Shown: positions 49,299-63,281 of the stretch, in pieces
Position numbering within the stretch: the stretch's first letter is position 1
Layout: each line of letters starts with the position of its first letter
NCBI RefSeq assembly: GCF_040938485.1
Contig: NW_027271026.1
Span: forward strand, 2,046,001 to 2,110,000
Length of the DNA: 64,000 bases
Source of the DNA: Diadema antillarum
Lineage: Eukaryota
Direction: 5' to 3'
Position numbers and translations under genes: made by a program
Notes under the pieces: model-generated
What the model was told of the DNA's origin: nothing
Database searches by the model: none
The model's input: only the letters and a program-made list of their open reading frames with translations

Positions 49299-51163
49299 GA
49301 GAGCATCTCCAGAACTTATTACAGAGTGTTGCATGCAGAACTAAAACAATCAACTGTATAATCCAAACCGGAGGCGGCTTTGGGGAGGGGGGTGGGGAAG
49401 GGTGACTACCCCTGATGCGTAATGAATAGAGGGGACATTTCTTGCTGCTGATTAATAACTCTTTCGGGAACCTTTATCTCATTTTTTACTCCAATCACCA
49501 CAAAATGATTTCCCTAATTTAATCACACGCAAATGAAACATCATACTCACGTTCCAACACACACTCAGACACACACACACACACGCACACAAGACAGAGA
49601 AATCGTTTCCATAGAGACTGTCTGGGTCATCAGTATGCCCTATATTTTGTGTGCGTTTATATTCTGGGTTCATATGCCTATTATTTTCATCTTTCATGTG
49701 CCGTACTGTATTACAGTCAGACCGCAACGCTGCTGTTAATGAGCTCAAATCAAAAATTTATCGTACGCGCAGGTTTTTGCGCATGTCCTTCTCAGCACCC
49801 GAGATTTTGCGAGATAATTCAGAGACAAAGTGCATGGTCTACGAGATTCACTTATTGGCGACATGAAGATCTACTATCCGTGACTAATGGACATGGTTTG
49901 TAAATATTTGAAATAAATGACACCTTTTAATGCTTACATTATATAAAATGAGCTTATGATATCATCACTCATATCTCTGCATTATATCGATATTTTCCAA
50001 ACGACCCTGAGACAAATTAGAACAAGGCTTTCTATTTATTGCCAACCCGACCCGTTCATAGGTTGAATCACCAAATGAATGATGGTCAACGTTTTAGATA
50101 TACTTGTTATAATAGCACAATAAGAACTGAATTGGTCCCTCGCTTGGAAAACAACAAAAATTGAAAGTCTCGTCAAGTAAAAATCATAGTGTGGCAATTT
50201 GAGATACATGAATGATCATGCGCTCCCAGGGTATCATTAAATAAATCACTCAGCGATGTATACAGCGGATTAATAAGGAATAATTATCATAATACCAAAT
50301 AGAGAGCCCCAAAGAACACATTTGCGCAAACTTAGTGCTAAATCTTTTATTATTCGTTTGTATGCTATTTATTAATACACGCTACTCTATCTAGTTGTGC
50401 AAACAAAGTTCAAGCCAAAGTTGAGCTGTCGATCAGAATGGAGTGTTGTTCTTGTTGTTTACGTGGTGATCTTTTGCTGCTACAGTTGCCTGAACCTGAG
50501 CGCGTATACATACATTGTGCGCGCGCGCACACACACACCATAGGGTCCTACACTGTCATCTACACACAGCGTATTAGTGTTATGTAGAGTACACGTTTAC
50601 TGTCATTGCGAGAGGTTCGTTCAACTCTCCACTCAGAGGGAATTAACCAATCAGAAACGCGTATTCGCGGCAAACTGAAATCTCGTCAAAAATTAACTGT
50701 ACAACGCAATGATTAATTCGCCAACCTGACCCGTTCATAGGATCAGCCCACATAAAGTCATTATGTTTTCATAGAATGATATTTTCTCTTTCATTTTATA
50801 CCTTTTCCATTATGGTCCACCTTAATTTCATTGGTCTAGTGTACCCCTTAAGAAAATGAAAAATATGCAAAAGTTTGTGTTTCATAATTTCCTTGTTCAG
50901 TATATTCTATATGTCATAACCTTTTAAGTGGTCAAATTTCATCAAAGTACAACTCTCGAGCTTTTTATCGATGTATAAGTCATGAAGATTGATAATGTCG
51001 TTTAGATTTACAGACACTCTGAAAATGTGGTCTCCCAGCTCATTACGTATTCATGTCCGTAAGGTCCATGCATACGCGTACGATAAATGCGAAGGCTTTT
51101 CAGGACGTTGCGGTCTGACTGATTATGTTTCGTTCGAGTGTGTGTTCATGTGTGCGCGCGCGC

Positions 51164-51198
<35 letters not shown>

Positions 51199-52157
51199 TG
51201 TGTGTGTGTGTGCGTGTGTGTGAAAGTGTGTTTGCGTGTGAAAGTGTGTATGAGCACGCACAAGAGAGAGAGAGCATACTGTGAGTGCATGCTTGTATTC
51301 TTTGGAGAAAATTCATGTGAAAGTGAATATAGTGAAATTGGAAATTGCTCATGGAAAAAAAAAATAACGGGGATGGGGAGGGGTAAAAGAGAAACTTTCA
51401 CAATCAGCATCCCGTCGGTTGATATTGATCAGTTACCAGAACAGCTAAAGGATGAGGGGGGGGGGGGGGGGGGGTGTCCGTGCCTTCATTCTATCATCCT
51501 CGTTTCTGCTGGCATGTGAGTTCGATTCAATAAAAATTTGATTCAGCCCGTTTCATCATCCAATATCAAAAACACAGCGGTTATCAAATATTTGAGCGAA
51601 ATTTTGCGTGCATTCGTCGTGAACATTGACAAAATATAAACGGATAGAACGGCACCTGAATAAATTTCCACCGTCTAACCGCTCTAAGACTAAAGCCGTA
51701 TGGTTATGAAATGGCAATCTTCCACACCATGCTAAAGATTAACTTTACTGAACAGAGAAAGTTTTGAATGAGAGTTCACCAAAAAGTTATTCAGGTTTCC
51801 CCAGGCATGTCTTCATAAAGAAGGTGATATTGATATTAACCAAAATATGCAAATAAGGTCATCATGGTGTCATGACGTCAAAAAATCTCCCATTGCACAC
51901 AACGAATCTTAATTTTAGTTCCATTTATTAACATAACATAATTATAAGCCACATGTTTTTGTCGTTTTGCAAAAAAAAAAAAAATGCAATGATCTAGCAA
52001 TATGGTGACCACTGCACTGCATGTCAAGGGGTTGAAGTTGCCAAAATATGAACCCACATCGATGCGAGAGTTTATGATATTGTGTTGTGTGTGTGCGTGT
52101 GTGTGTGTGCTCAGACAAAAGGGAGGCTTATGAAAGCAATGAAGCAAAACTTTGAGA

Positions 52158-52224
52158 CGTCATAACTTTCTCATCTTATAAGATGAGAAAGTTATGACGG
52201 AAATCGGAAATATATTTCCGATTT
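52158..52224. repeat. Two adjacent perfect spacer-less palindromes (42 bp and 24 bp)
   Basis: CGTCATAACTTTCTCATCTTA|TAAGATGAGAAAGTTATGACG (52158-52199) and AAATCGGAAATA|TATTTCCGATTT (52201-52224). Confidence 0.9.
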
Positions 52225-55200
52225 GACTGAAGCTTTAACTCTAAGGCTTCTGTTCGTCCGATTTTACAGTTTTTGATTGTTTGTTTGTTTATTTATTCAC
52301 TTATTTTATCAATGTCGAGTTGCACAGTTAGTGGAATCGCCTTATGAAGTCAGACTAGGTCACTAACTCCGTTTCTTTGGGGGCGCAGTCCTGCAGTCCT
52401 CGAACGGAATTTGACCTGACAAGTTGGGGCGCGATTACGCTTTGTAATGAATGTGATTTGGTCACAGTAAACTGTGTTTTGCAAGAGGTTCATCTTTTCT
52501 CACCGAAAAGTCCATGGAGAAAATCGCGCTGGGGCCCTTTTCCTCAATTGACGCTCCTATCTCCCCCCCCCCCCCCACCCCAAGTTCTGTTTTCTCCGCG
52601 GCCCGCTATCTATCTTTCTATCTCGGAGGAAGTATTATTATAGTATTGCTTTTGAAACATGTAGGCAACGACAAAACAGTTTTTTTTTTTCTGTCCTCAC
52701 AATCATCACTTGTATGGCCCTCGCAGCAAATAGATTTGATTTTAGCGCACCTCAAGTATAAGTTCAACTAAAATTCACTGCCCCCTGTGTTAGCGCCAGG
52801 AATGAGCCACGTAGGGCCTACATGCACTGCTGACAAGACTTACTCATGGCTTTTTCTACGCGTGAAGCATACAGAGAAATTGAACTGTGATTTATAAAGG
52901 AAACCCGCAACTCAATATATTGGGACTTTGCGTGCTCTGTGGGCGTCCGTACCGAAAGAACGGTAACAAACACAACTTTCCGTTATGCAAATCAAATTTG
53001 TCAGGAGGCAAATTTGCAGAGAAACTAAGACATTGATATCATAGGTACCCTCACTTCATTCTAACCATTTTAGGATAAAACTTCGAGCAAAGCAAAAGCC
53101 CTCTATACTTGAAACTATACCAGCCCACGCCTCATCATCACTATGTATATGGAAAGCGAATGCAGTTAGTACATCGTCGGCGATGATTCGCATGTTTGGA
53201 CAAAACAGTGTCTTCAAAGAAATGAGATTAATGACAAAAATAGTGTATAACGTGTGTAAAACTTTTTTTTTTTGGGGGGGGGGGGTTGCGGGGGAGGGGG
53301 TCAGTTTTTGCACCTCGTATGCGGACCAAACATCAAGCTCAGAAGGGATTGCTGCATGCATTACTCTTCTCTACAAAGACTAACTTGTTTGTTTCTTTCT
53401 TTGTTTTTGGTTTGTCTTTTCAAAGGAGTAAGATCTCTTAGCATCCGCATTATTAACATATCATATACCATCGATTTGGCACGAATTTTAAAGCAAGTTA
53501 TTTTGCCAAATTAAAAGCCATTTAAAGTCTGTTGTCTCGGTGGAGCTCCCCCTCCTCCCTCCCCCTCCAACCCTATCTCTTTCTCTTTGTGTGTGTGTGT
53601 GTGTGTGTGTAAGTATAATTATAATGTATGCATGCTCCATTTCACAGGGAGCTATACAGAGTCAAATTGGCGTAGTATTGATTGGCCTGCGAACAAGAAA
53701 TGAAAACAATACGCTCACACCTTGTTAATTCTCCGCGCAGGTAGAGTTCATTATAGGCTCTACCATGAATGATGATGTAGCTACTGTCACTGTGACTGTA
53801 GCTCCATGGCCCTATTATGTTAATTGCGCGACTCCGTATGCCCCGAAATTTCCCCGTCTTTAGTTTATAATCGACTCTATCCTGTTGTTTGAGGTGCTTC
53901 TGGTGATATGGAAACTTCTTCTTCCTACACAGCTTTGCATAAATCTTTGTTCACAATTTTCCACAATAACCGATCAGTTGTCGCGTTGTATTAATGCAAT
54001 GTAATATGAAAATTATGTAACCGATATTCATTTAACTCTCCCTATTATTAATTCTTACCTTTGTCTGGTCGATTGGGAATTCATGAGAGTTCGTGCTCTT
54101 CTGTTACTCAGGATGTTAGTCTCGAAAAGATATTTCAATGATAGTCTGTAAATATATTGCGTCGAGATGAAACATACACACCAACACACATACCAAGAAC
54201 AACTCAAAACGAAAATGAACAGCTTGGATTTAAACTAGCTTTATGGTATGTATATTATATCATTAAAAGTCTGAGCTACTTTTTTATCATGAGCATAAGT
54301 TACTTTATCATCATGACAAATTCATGTGCCATCATTTCGAACAAAATGATAGACTTGAGCCAGTTTATTTTTTTCCCATCGATATAGAAAAAAAAAACCC
54401 ACTCAAACGAGAGAAAATCTAGATGGGAAGGAGGAACATTTTTGGAGTTAATACAAAGCATAATAGCAGAGAAAACGTGATTCTTGAGGTAAGTTTGAAT
54501 AATGTTACTCATTACAACGTTAAGACGTTGGCGTCTTAACCTTGGTTGCCTTGACAATCCAACTTTAGACGCGCACGGATAATTTGGCAAGGGTCCTGCT
54601 GATGCAAATCTCCCTCTCCCTCTCTCTCTCTGTCTTTTCTTTGTAGTTGTCCTTCTGCCTGTTTGTCTGTTTGTCTGTATGTTTGTATGTCTGTCCTATA
54701 CCTGTCTCTTCCATTCTTTCTTCCCGTAGTTTCTTCGAGCGTGAACGACCCGAGTGAGTTCGTCGGTATCGTGAGTGGATGCAGGAAGTTTAGGTTCGGT
54801 ACTCGGGGACCTGACTCACCAATGTTTGAGATCAAGCGTCGAGAAAGTGACGCAGAGAGACACGAAACTGCACGGGTCTCTTGTCCAGACCTAGACCTAT
54901 ATTGGTGACATTGTATCCGATACATTTCTTCGTATATCATGTTTCACACTTGCGTTTCTGAAGCAGAGAACGCAAGGGTTGCATTTTTTGAAATTTCCAT
55001 TTGGAGTAAGCTTGTATGCTGTTTTCTTTGATTTATTTTGTTGTTGTTGTTGTCAGGCCATCGTCATATACTTAATCAATGTCGATAACAGCAACGTCAG
55101 TATGTTGCCTTGCAAATTTGATCTGCAGCGGCGAGATAAAAACAAAGTATGTAATGTCTATTATGTGAATGACGCTTGGTCTGTAGAGCTGGGGTAGGGA

Positions 55201-57699
55201 TTTGGGAAGTGGTTATCAATTAGCGAGGTGTAGATTGTTTGCTGACGTCGCTTCCCACGAATGGGAACATTTTGGAAAGCATTGAAAGGAATAATTACGT
55301 CGTCCGCTCAAGTCGAGACTTTAGAGCGAGTTAACGCTCCTGCCCCCCTTTAGCCATGTGTAACTTTCCAAGTGCATCGCTCTCGGCTCGTGTTTGCGGA
55401 GACAAAAATCATTAGACAAGTATATCGTGCATAAGGTAGCGGTCTTTATATTGACTGCCCGCGGCAACTCAAAGGGAATAGATATATATTGATTTTGAAG
55501 TTTCAAACATTTATATTGTCGCGCAGTTCAGGCACTTGCTCTCCGGCACTTGCCCTTGACTTTGGTTACATAAAGGACCTGTGTTATATACTTTCGCGTC
55601 GTTGCAAAAATGGACATACCAGACATTCCCGAGTTACCGGATATATTCAAAGGAAACTCAAGACCATGTGAGTATATTGGTCGATTTTTTTTTCACGCAT
55701 GCATTCATTTACTGTGTTTGAACATAAAGTTACATTTCATTTCATTTATTCATTTCCATTTTCAAAAAAATATATAAATGCATGAAACATATATCATGAA
55801 AAATATATATATTCTTCAAATATCGAAAAATTATATAAGCACACAATTATCGTGAAGCCAAGAATTTACTAAATAATGTTGAAAATAAGGGGAAGCAACA
55901 AAAGCGCAGCTTGTAATGTGCGTTCCCATCAAAACTATCATTAGTAAGGGGCAGAAACAAGTTGATTCCTTGTTATGACCTTGTTCTTCTATTGTGCTTG
56001 TCCAAAATCACATACCTTCGGCAGTGTCCAGATATTTACAAACATGGTAAACATCTACAGATAGGTTTAAACATGTATTTCGATGAACCATTATCAGTTG
56101 TACTTAGATTTATGGTCGCATAAGACCCTGTTGCATGAAAAGATGTGATCAAACGTAAGTCAGAAAATCGAACATAATTTATGTCAGGTATCAACCAATC
56201 AAAAGTGAGCATTCACAGACTTAATAAGGTTGATCTCAACTCTTATATGCATGTTTGACACAGTAGCCGATACTAAATGTTGTGACCATCTCGTCCTTGC
56301 CTTCCTATAGCATGTCATGCATGTGATGCTAAGGGGAGAGATGAGGATCGAATGACACCTGTATGCCAATAATTATAGTTTTTAATCGATAAACAGTGAC
56401 CTTTAACAGCAGGTCATCTTAAACAGAAATCTTCGTGGACCTCGGAAACGCGCGAAACTAAACGGTTAGTTCCAGTTTCTTAACACGTATAATAAAAATC
56501 TGGAAAAAATTAATTCATTGTCTCTCTCCCATTCTATTCCCTAATCCGTCCCCTCCACATATCAACAGTCCAACCCTCTTTCACACAACAGTCATCATTT
56601 ATGAATGATACAAAACAACGTGGCAGTGCTGTCATTTCAGGCAGATAGGCTCTCACGTTCTGATTGCTTGTCGTGCTTGTGAATACAGTAATTAAAGCCT
56701 GTCGATTAAAACATTAATAAATGATATTCCGGTACACTTATAACCATCGTATGCTAAAATGAGGGTGTGCGTGTGTATGTATCCACCTTATTTAGGATGT
56801 GAATGCAAGCTTGTAAGTGTCTTCGACAAGTGGACACCGTTGGTATACAACCCCCCTCCCATTCAGGTGGTCATCCTGTACCACATGCGCGTCGCCGGTT
56901 CTTATGGAAAACGGGTATAAAGATTATTATTTACTTTTGGGGCTCAATTCGGGTGGGGGGGGGGGATCCCATTTTTTTTTAAAGGGGTTCTTATAGTATT
57001 CTATTTATTTGTTTAATTTAGGGGCAGTTTTTATATCTTTTCCGTACAATACTGAAATAAGGTCCCGACTGGGGTTATCTGAAAGGTAGTGTGGCTTCTT
57101 GGTATTTGCCCGATTTTCCCGGAAGCATTATAAATACCTTCTTACTGTGCATGTTTAGCTGCAAAGCATGCCGAGCTAATGGCCTTCTTTTCGCAGGATA
57201 TTTCGCCACATGCGCTGCATGATATACGTCATGCTGCTTTGCTGCCTCCTCGGGAGCTAGCTCCCCTTCCAAAAGTCTATGATCAGGGTAATTTTGCTGA
57301 CTTCCCTTCCAAAAGCCCGTGATATAGGGGGTAATTTTAATAGCGTCCCTTCCAAAAGCGCGTAGTAAAGGGTCAAAAATCCTAACTCATTTCCATCCTT
57401 TGTAGATACAGGGGGTGTCTCTATAAAAATCTGCAACAAACGTATTATTAAGTGGTTGACCGTGGGGGGGGGGGGGTGGTACAGTCCTCAAAATAAATAG
57501 CTGTGATGGTCATACAGTAGACGTCCTCTCAATTCTTGATAATGATCATGGAGCTACCGTAGCTCCATGCTACGATTAAGTGTTAGGTAGATTGCACATA
57601 ACATAACACATCACATAAGTTTGAAAAGGGATGATGTTGATTTCAATAATAGTATAAGCCAGAATTAATGGAACGACAGTGGCAGACGGCAGATTAAAC

Positions 57700-58451
57700 A
57701 TGATAATAATGATAATAATGATAACAATGATAATGATAATGATGATAATAATGATAATAATAAGGTCTCATTTACCCAGGGTAGCCTCTTCAGTGTTGCC
57801 ACTGCTCTACCAGAGGGCCCTGCTATCATTATTACCTTAGGCATGGCTCGACACTAACTTTTTTGTTTGGTGGCCCGATGCGGCCACCAAAATCCTAAAT
57901 TTCAAATTTTTGGTGGCCCGAGAGAAAAATTTGGTGTCCCGAAAAAAGGAACAATAAAAATCATTAAAAGTCCTTTTTAATGAGTCAAATATTTAAGTTT
58001 TATGATAGTAAGAATTAGAAGTTGGACATAATTATCTATACTCCTAAATAAACTTCAACAAACTTGCAACACTCACTCTCGGGCACTCATTCAGTCCTTT
58101 TCATCCATCCTTTAAACAAATTTAACTGCTAATTTCCGGCGCAAAAAGTTACGAATTTATTGACATACTTTCCAAAAAATTTTGGTGGCCCGAGGCGGGC
58201 CACCAAATTTGCCCTTTTTTGAAATTTGGTGGCCCGACTTTCATTTTTGGTGGCCCCGGGCCACCGGGCCACCGTTAGTGTCGAGCCCTGCCTTAGGCAT
58301 TGCCAGGTACCCATTTATACACCTGGGTCGAAAGGGACATTATATAGTGGGTAAAAACATCTTGTCCAAGGACGTAAGCACTGGGCGGGATTCGAACTCG
58401 GGTCCTCCGATCGGGTGTCGGGAGTCTTATCCACTATGCCACAGAGCCCCC
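57700..58451 (-). mobile_element. tRNA-derived SINE with conserved central domain, interrupted by a hAT-like MITE
   Basis: Minus strand shows A box TGGCATAGTGG, B box GAGTTCGAATCCC, central GACCCAGGTGTATAAATGGGTACC, a 3' tail, and a terminal (TTA/TCA)n microsatellite at 57700-57762. Confidence 0.8.
57842..58290. mobile_element. hAT-like MITE inserted in the SINE
   Basis: TIR CA(T/G)GGCTCGACACTAAC, duplicated target CCTTAGG(C) (7-8 bp), and repeated subterminal TTTGGTGGCCC motifs. Confidence 0.8.
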
Positions 58452-60369
58452 ACGAAGTGAGCCAACCATGGTGATGGTTGGCACACGATAATGGTTGGCC
58501 ACATGATGATGGTTGGCACACGTATATTTTGGTTATAACATCAAAATCGTTCTGTCTATATTCGAGAGATGAAGGACTACAGGCAATCGTTTTGGCTTTC
58601 TTATTCGGTTTCATCCTGTTCGATAACTTTATGCGATATTAAGATAACTCACATAGTTCCCGTTAACTAACAATCAGCGATGTTGTCTGGCTGGTTGGCA
58701 CGCGTGGGACGTCTACTGTCACGTGTGCAAGTACTTTATACTTCCTTGAGGCCTAACGTCTTGCTTTCCCCAATTAGGATCCTTAAAATCCTTACGTTAC
58801 AGGGATCGATTCCATGTACTCGTAGTCAACTCTTTATCTAAGATTACACTGCTCGAGGGTGTCTACGAGTCTCGAAGGACATGGGTTTTTATTTGATGTT
58901 GTCGACACTTCCTGTCGCACAGAAGATTAGATGAGTCATCGCTTCAGAACTGATAAAATTTTCTTTTTGAGCAAAACTGCACGAATGGCCCCATCGCTTA
59001 CGTCCTATTAGTAAGAAATAAAATATGAAGAAGAAAAGTTCCGCGAAATTCACTTTATTAAACAGACATGCACTCTCGCTTTTATTGTATATAAGAGAGA
59101 CATGCACAACCTTGTCACTTTGGCACCTCCATTGGCACATGACACGATTTGCATCCCGGTAGAGCTTCCTTGGAGATTACTGTAAGAAGTAGATTGCATC
59201 TTGCACAGAAGATAAACATAACTTTACTTCAAAGCAAAATTGATGATTAGATAAATGGAAGAAAACTAATGAAGGGATTATGGAGACATCAATAGCTAAT
59301 AATGCACTTTTTCTTTCTTGAATTATGCGAATCGTGGCTATCAGAGCTAGGTGTAATGACTGGAATATCTGCCTCGCGAGACAGGACTTGTATAACCGAT
59401 ACGTGCAGTTAAATTCACTTCATTTTTAAAGTCGAATAGAAAGCAGCAAAGAGGTTTATTCAAAATGGCGAGCTATGTTAAAATATCGTCCAAGTGTGAA
59501 TCACACAACGTGCAAATTTGATTCCGTATTAAGATTCCACCACGTCAAGATTTGACGTGCAGAAATGGAGAATGGGGGAAAACAATAATTAGCATGTGAA
59601 GAAATTAGACGAAAAATGTTCTTTTCATTCAGAGTTTAACATTCACTGTAGCTGATTAAAAAATTGCAGAATTTGAGATTAAATTCACTTACGAATACGT
59701 CACTGTAATATCTTTACATACTTTTCAGTCAAATGTAACTATCTTATGCATGTGTTCTATACTTCATGGGCTGAAGGTGCTGAAATAAGTCATGGAAACC
59801 ACAGCTTATCAAAAGGTAATGCACAGTACATTTTCTATAGCTCTCACTCGAGAGCACCTTCTAAAAGTCCTTCGTGCCAAACTCCACGTATAGCATTTCC
59901 AGGCATCTTGCTTGAAGGATAGAAGAACATGAATCATCCGTCATTCTATTTACGGATACATTAATCATTCACCCGTCGGATATATCAATCCTTTTTGAGA
60001 GATACTGTTAGTTATGCAGATGCAATGACTTCAAATTTACAAATTTAAGATGTACAAGATCACAAACAGCGAACCGGTTACAATCATTCTACGCCGCTAT
60101 CCAGTCTTTAAAAAGTATTATCTTTTTATCAAAATCATTCGTTAATGTCACATACGCATTGTATAATGGAAATAGTTATTCAGCCGTATTATGATTAAGC
60201 CAGCTATATACTGTGACGTTTTCTATATATCATGATACTGTCTTCTTTTAATGCTTGAAGTTTTGAATAGTCAATGTACAATCAGTGGCAATGGTGGAGT
60301 TCATGCAAAGATGCTGGTGTACAGGGCCTAATACATAATATCCTCGAACTGTATGTGTGTATCATATAA

Positions 60370-60379
60370 ATTATACATA

Positions 60380-60430
<51 letters not shown>
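60370..60430. repeat. (TA)n microsatellite
   Basis: Dinucleotide tract read directly. Other simple repeats lie at about 11291 (AC), 21653 (TA), 49260 (AG) and 51163 (GT). Confidence 0.85.
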
Positions 60431-60431
<1 letters not shown>

Positions 60432-63281
60432 CGATATAAAAGTATATACTACCTGTATATCGATATATCAATATATATATATAAATATGTATTTATATAA
60501 GATATATATTCAAATAAATATACGCTATATGAATATCATATATAGCCTATATGTATGTATAAAATCAGCAACATGTGTGAATTATATGGAGCGCCCTGAA
60601 ATCGATGAAGATCGGTCCTGTAGGTCCATCACTGGCGGGAATCGTTGGGCAGGCACCCAAAGTGGTGCCTACAGTATAGTAGAAGATATACGGACGAGTT
60701 GCCCATCATTGCCCATTGAGCACGTCACAGTAGCCGTGACATTTTGCACTGGCGTATCATATCGATCGTCACCTTCGACTGATGATAGAAAGTGTTTGAC
60801 GCAGAGGAGAAAACCAAACAGAAGAGACCGAATCAGAACAAAACAAAACAAACGACGAAAACAAGTGGAAACAAGTTATACGCAATGCTGCACTCTTCAG
60901 AAAGTGAAGCTGATCCGTTGGACTACAATAAAGATCCTTGTTACTTGAGAGCGGAGTGAACCACTTAATTGAAAGTGACCGTATACGTAAATCTGAATGT
61001 TCAATTAACATTGTGGTCTTTTTACTTGATGAAACATTCATGAATACTATGCCGATGACAGCGTTGAAGACAAGCACTAAAATAGTAAATAAGTATTGTA
61101 TGGTTTTCAAGAATGGCTTCACTGATCTAACAACAACGTTATTAATCAACCAATATTGATGATTCATACACTAACCTTGTACTACTGATTGTTATGTTAT
61201 GTGTCACGCATCGAACTAATGCTATCTTTTCGATCCAGGACTAGAAAATGGGTAATGCAGTCATGTAGAATACATCGTAGACAGCGTCGATTGTAGACAT
61301 TTGGAATTAGCTGAAATTGGCGCTGAATATGATATACAGTAAAATCCTACGGAGAAACAAAATGGAGGATGTGTATGTGATAGTCTGTGCGTGAGTTCGT
61401 GTCGGTTGATATTTCCTCAACTTGTTGGCACCGAGCTTAATCAAAAAACATTGGAATTAATGCACATATAATTACTTTGAGATGTAATTACCTTTCTCTA
61501 GACGCAACCACATTGCACCACTCAGTTGTGGTAACTGTTCCATCAGAACAAAGTCCACGATCTTAATGAAGCCTTTAGCCATTTTTAAGACCAAGAAGTA
61601 TAGTCCTTCAGAATTAAATTCGTCCTGGGTATCCATGGGAATCAAAGTGTTCGCATTCTTAACGTTGGAAATATTTGGTGAGCACGTTAGGCCCCCATAG
61701 CATCTTCAAACTCTTTCTTCCATGTAGTATATACTTTGAACTCGAACTCGTTTCTTTTCTGTCGAAGGAGAATGGAGAATCATATCCCCGATCTAAAGAA
61801 ACCATTGCCTTTAATAGTTCGTCACTTTGAGCATTCCCCATGTGATTGCTCCGGAGCTTTTCCCTTTTTCTTATCTCTTTCTATTCTATTTGTAAGAACA
61901 AAGGAACATGATATTACATTACAACACTCATTATTGCTTAGGTTACTCAAAACTTCGCGATAATTTTGAGTGTATATATACGCTGTATGATTATATGAGT
62001 AGTAAATTTCATGTAGTGCGCTGGAACCGTGTCATTTGATTTGTTTTGATTTGATTTGATTGTCATTCTGTGCGATATGGGAATTTATCATTTATCATCC
62101 CCAAACTTACAGAAGACCTATACTTTCCATTTTTTTTTACCTTAGAAAGACTGAAAGCCCATGAGCAAATGATCAGATCACTGCTTCAAAGCAACAGTCC
62201 AGGATCATGACAAGTCCTTGTACCAAGTTTTTTAATCAATTGCTTTAGCTGTCTGCAATATACAAGCACAGCTTTATATTAGATCCCTCATCTTTTTCAT
62301 ACTCAGAATATAATAGATAAAGCAATTAGTTTGGTTTGAAACTATGTATACATGCTTTTCTTTTGTCTATTGAAACTACAGATTTCATCTTGCAGTCAAT
62401 CAATATATACCCAAGACGATTTGAGATTTTCTTATTTCATGTTCAGCTGAAAAAATATGAAAATAAATTGAATGGAATCGAATTGAAGTGAACTGAATTG
62501 AATTGAATTGCTTTGAGTACTTCAAATCCTCTTGCATGGTGGATAATGCATGCAATTTGATTATCAGGAAGCTGTAAGTGTACAACCCCCACTCCGTTTC
62601 GATATTAACCGTCTTTTTAGCTCATATGTGATGATGAAGACTGTGGCAATCAATCAGCATGAGCAGAAAACTCTGCAGAAAATATTGATCGTTACATATT
62701 TGCAATCTTGGTTTCTGTAAACATATAATAACGAGTTTCTTAAATTCCTGTAACATGTTTCCCATCTTGGTTTCTCTAAACAAAATATGATAATGAGTTT
62801 CTTAAACTCCTGTAACACGTTTCCTGCCAGACAGCCAGACACTTTCAATTCTCGAAAACTATCATCATCGAAAAACATATACTCTATAATCATTATTATT
62901 GTCTTTCACGTGACAACTTTCTTTTTTACCAACATGTCAAAGAGAAAAACAATCAATCACATTCCTACACTAAATACATCCGGTCGAGATAGAACATGAT
63001 AGTATACGGACAGAGGAACATACAACCGACAGGAAGTACTAGTAAGTGATCATTAGCACACCTGACACTTCCTGATGAAGTTCTTTCTTCTCAATGCAGA
63101 TCTTTCTTGCTGTGCAGGCATTATGAGACTACCACGCCGATTCAAAATTGATTTTGAACATGGCCCGCAGTTGTCGTTGGAATAAAAATGGCAGGGTGAC
63201 TATCAAATGAAACTCGGACAATATTTTGAGTCTCTTGCCACTGTGATGTACCTCGTAGTCTGAAACAACGACTACAAAACA

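Noticed and set aside
50989-51519. 176-aa plus-strand ORF
   Set aside because: It is held open by a (GT)n microsatellite and a G-run.
57264-57358. CRISPR-like repeat-spacer pattern
   Set aside because: Only three 12-bp repeats with partly similar spacers, in a eukaryotic locus with no cas genes.
58380-58451. Possible tRNA gene (A and B boxes)
   Set aside because: It continues into a SINE body and tail, so it is a SINE head rather than a stand-alone tRNA.
60487-60948. 153-aa plus-strand ORF
   Set aside because: It starts in an AT microsatellite flank and has no domain; more plausibly 5' non-coding sequence of the Shisa gene.
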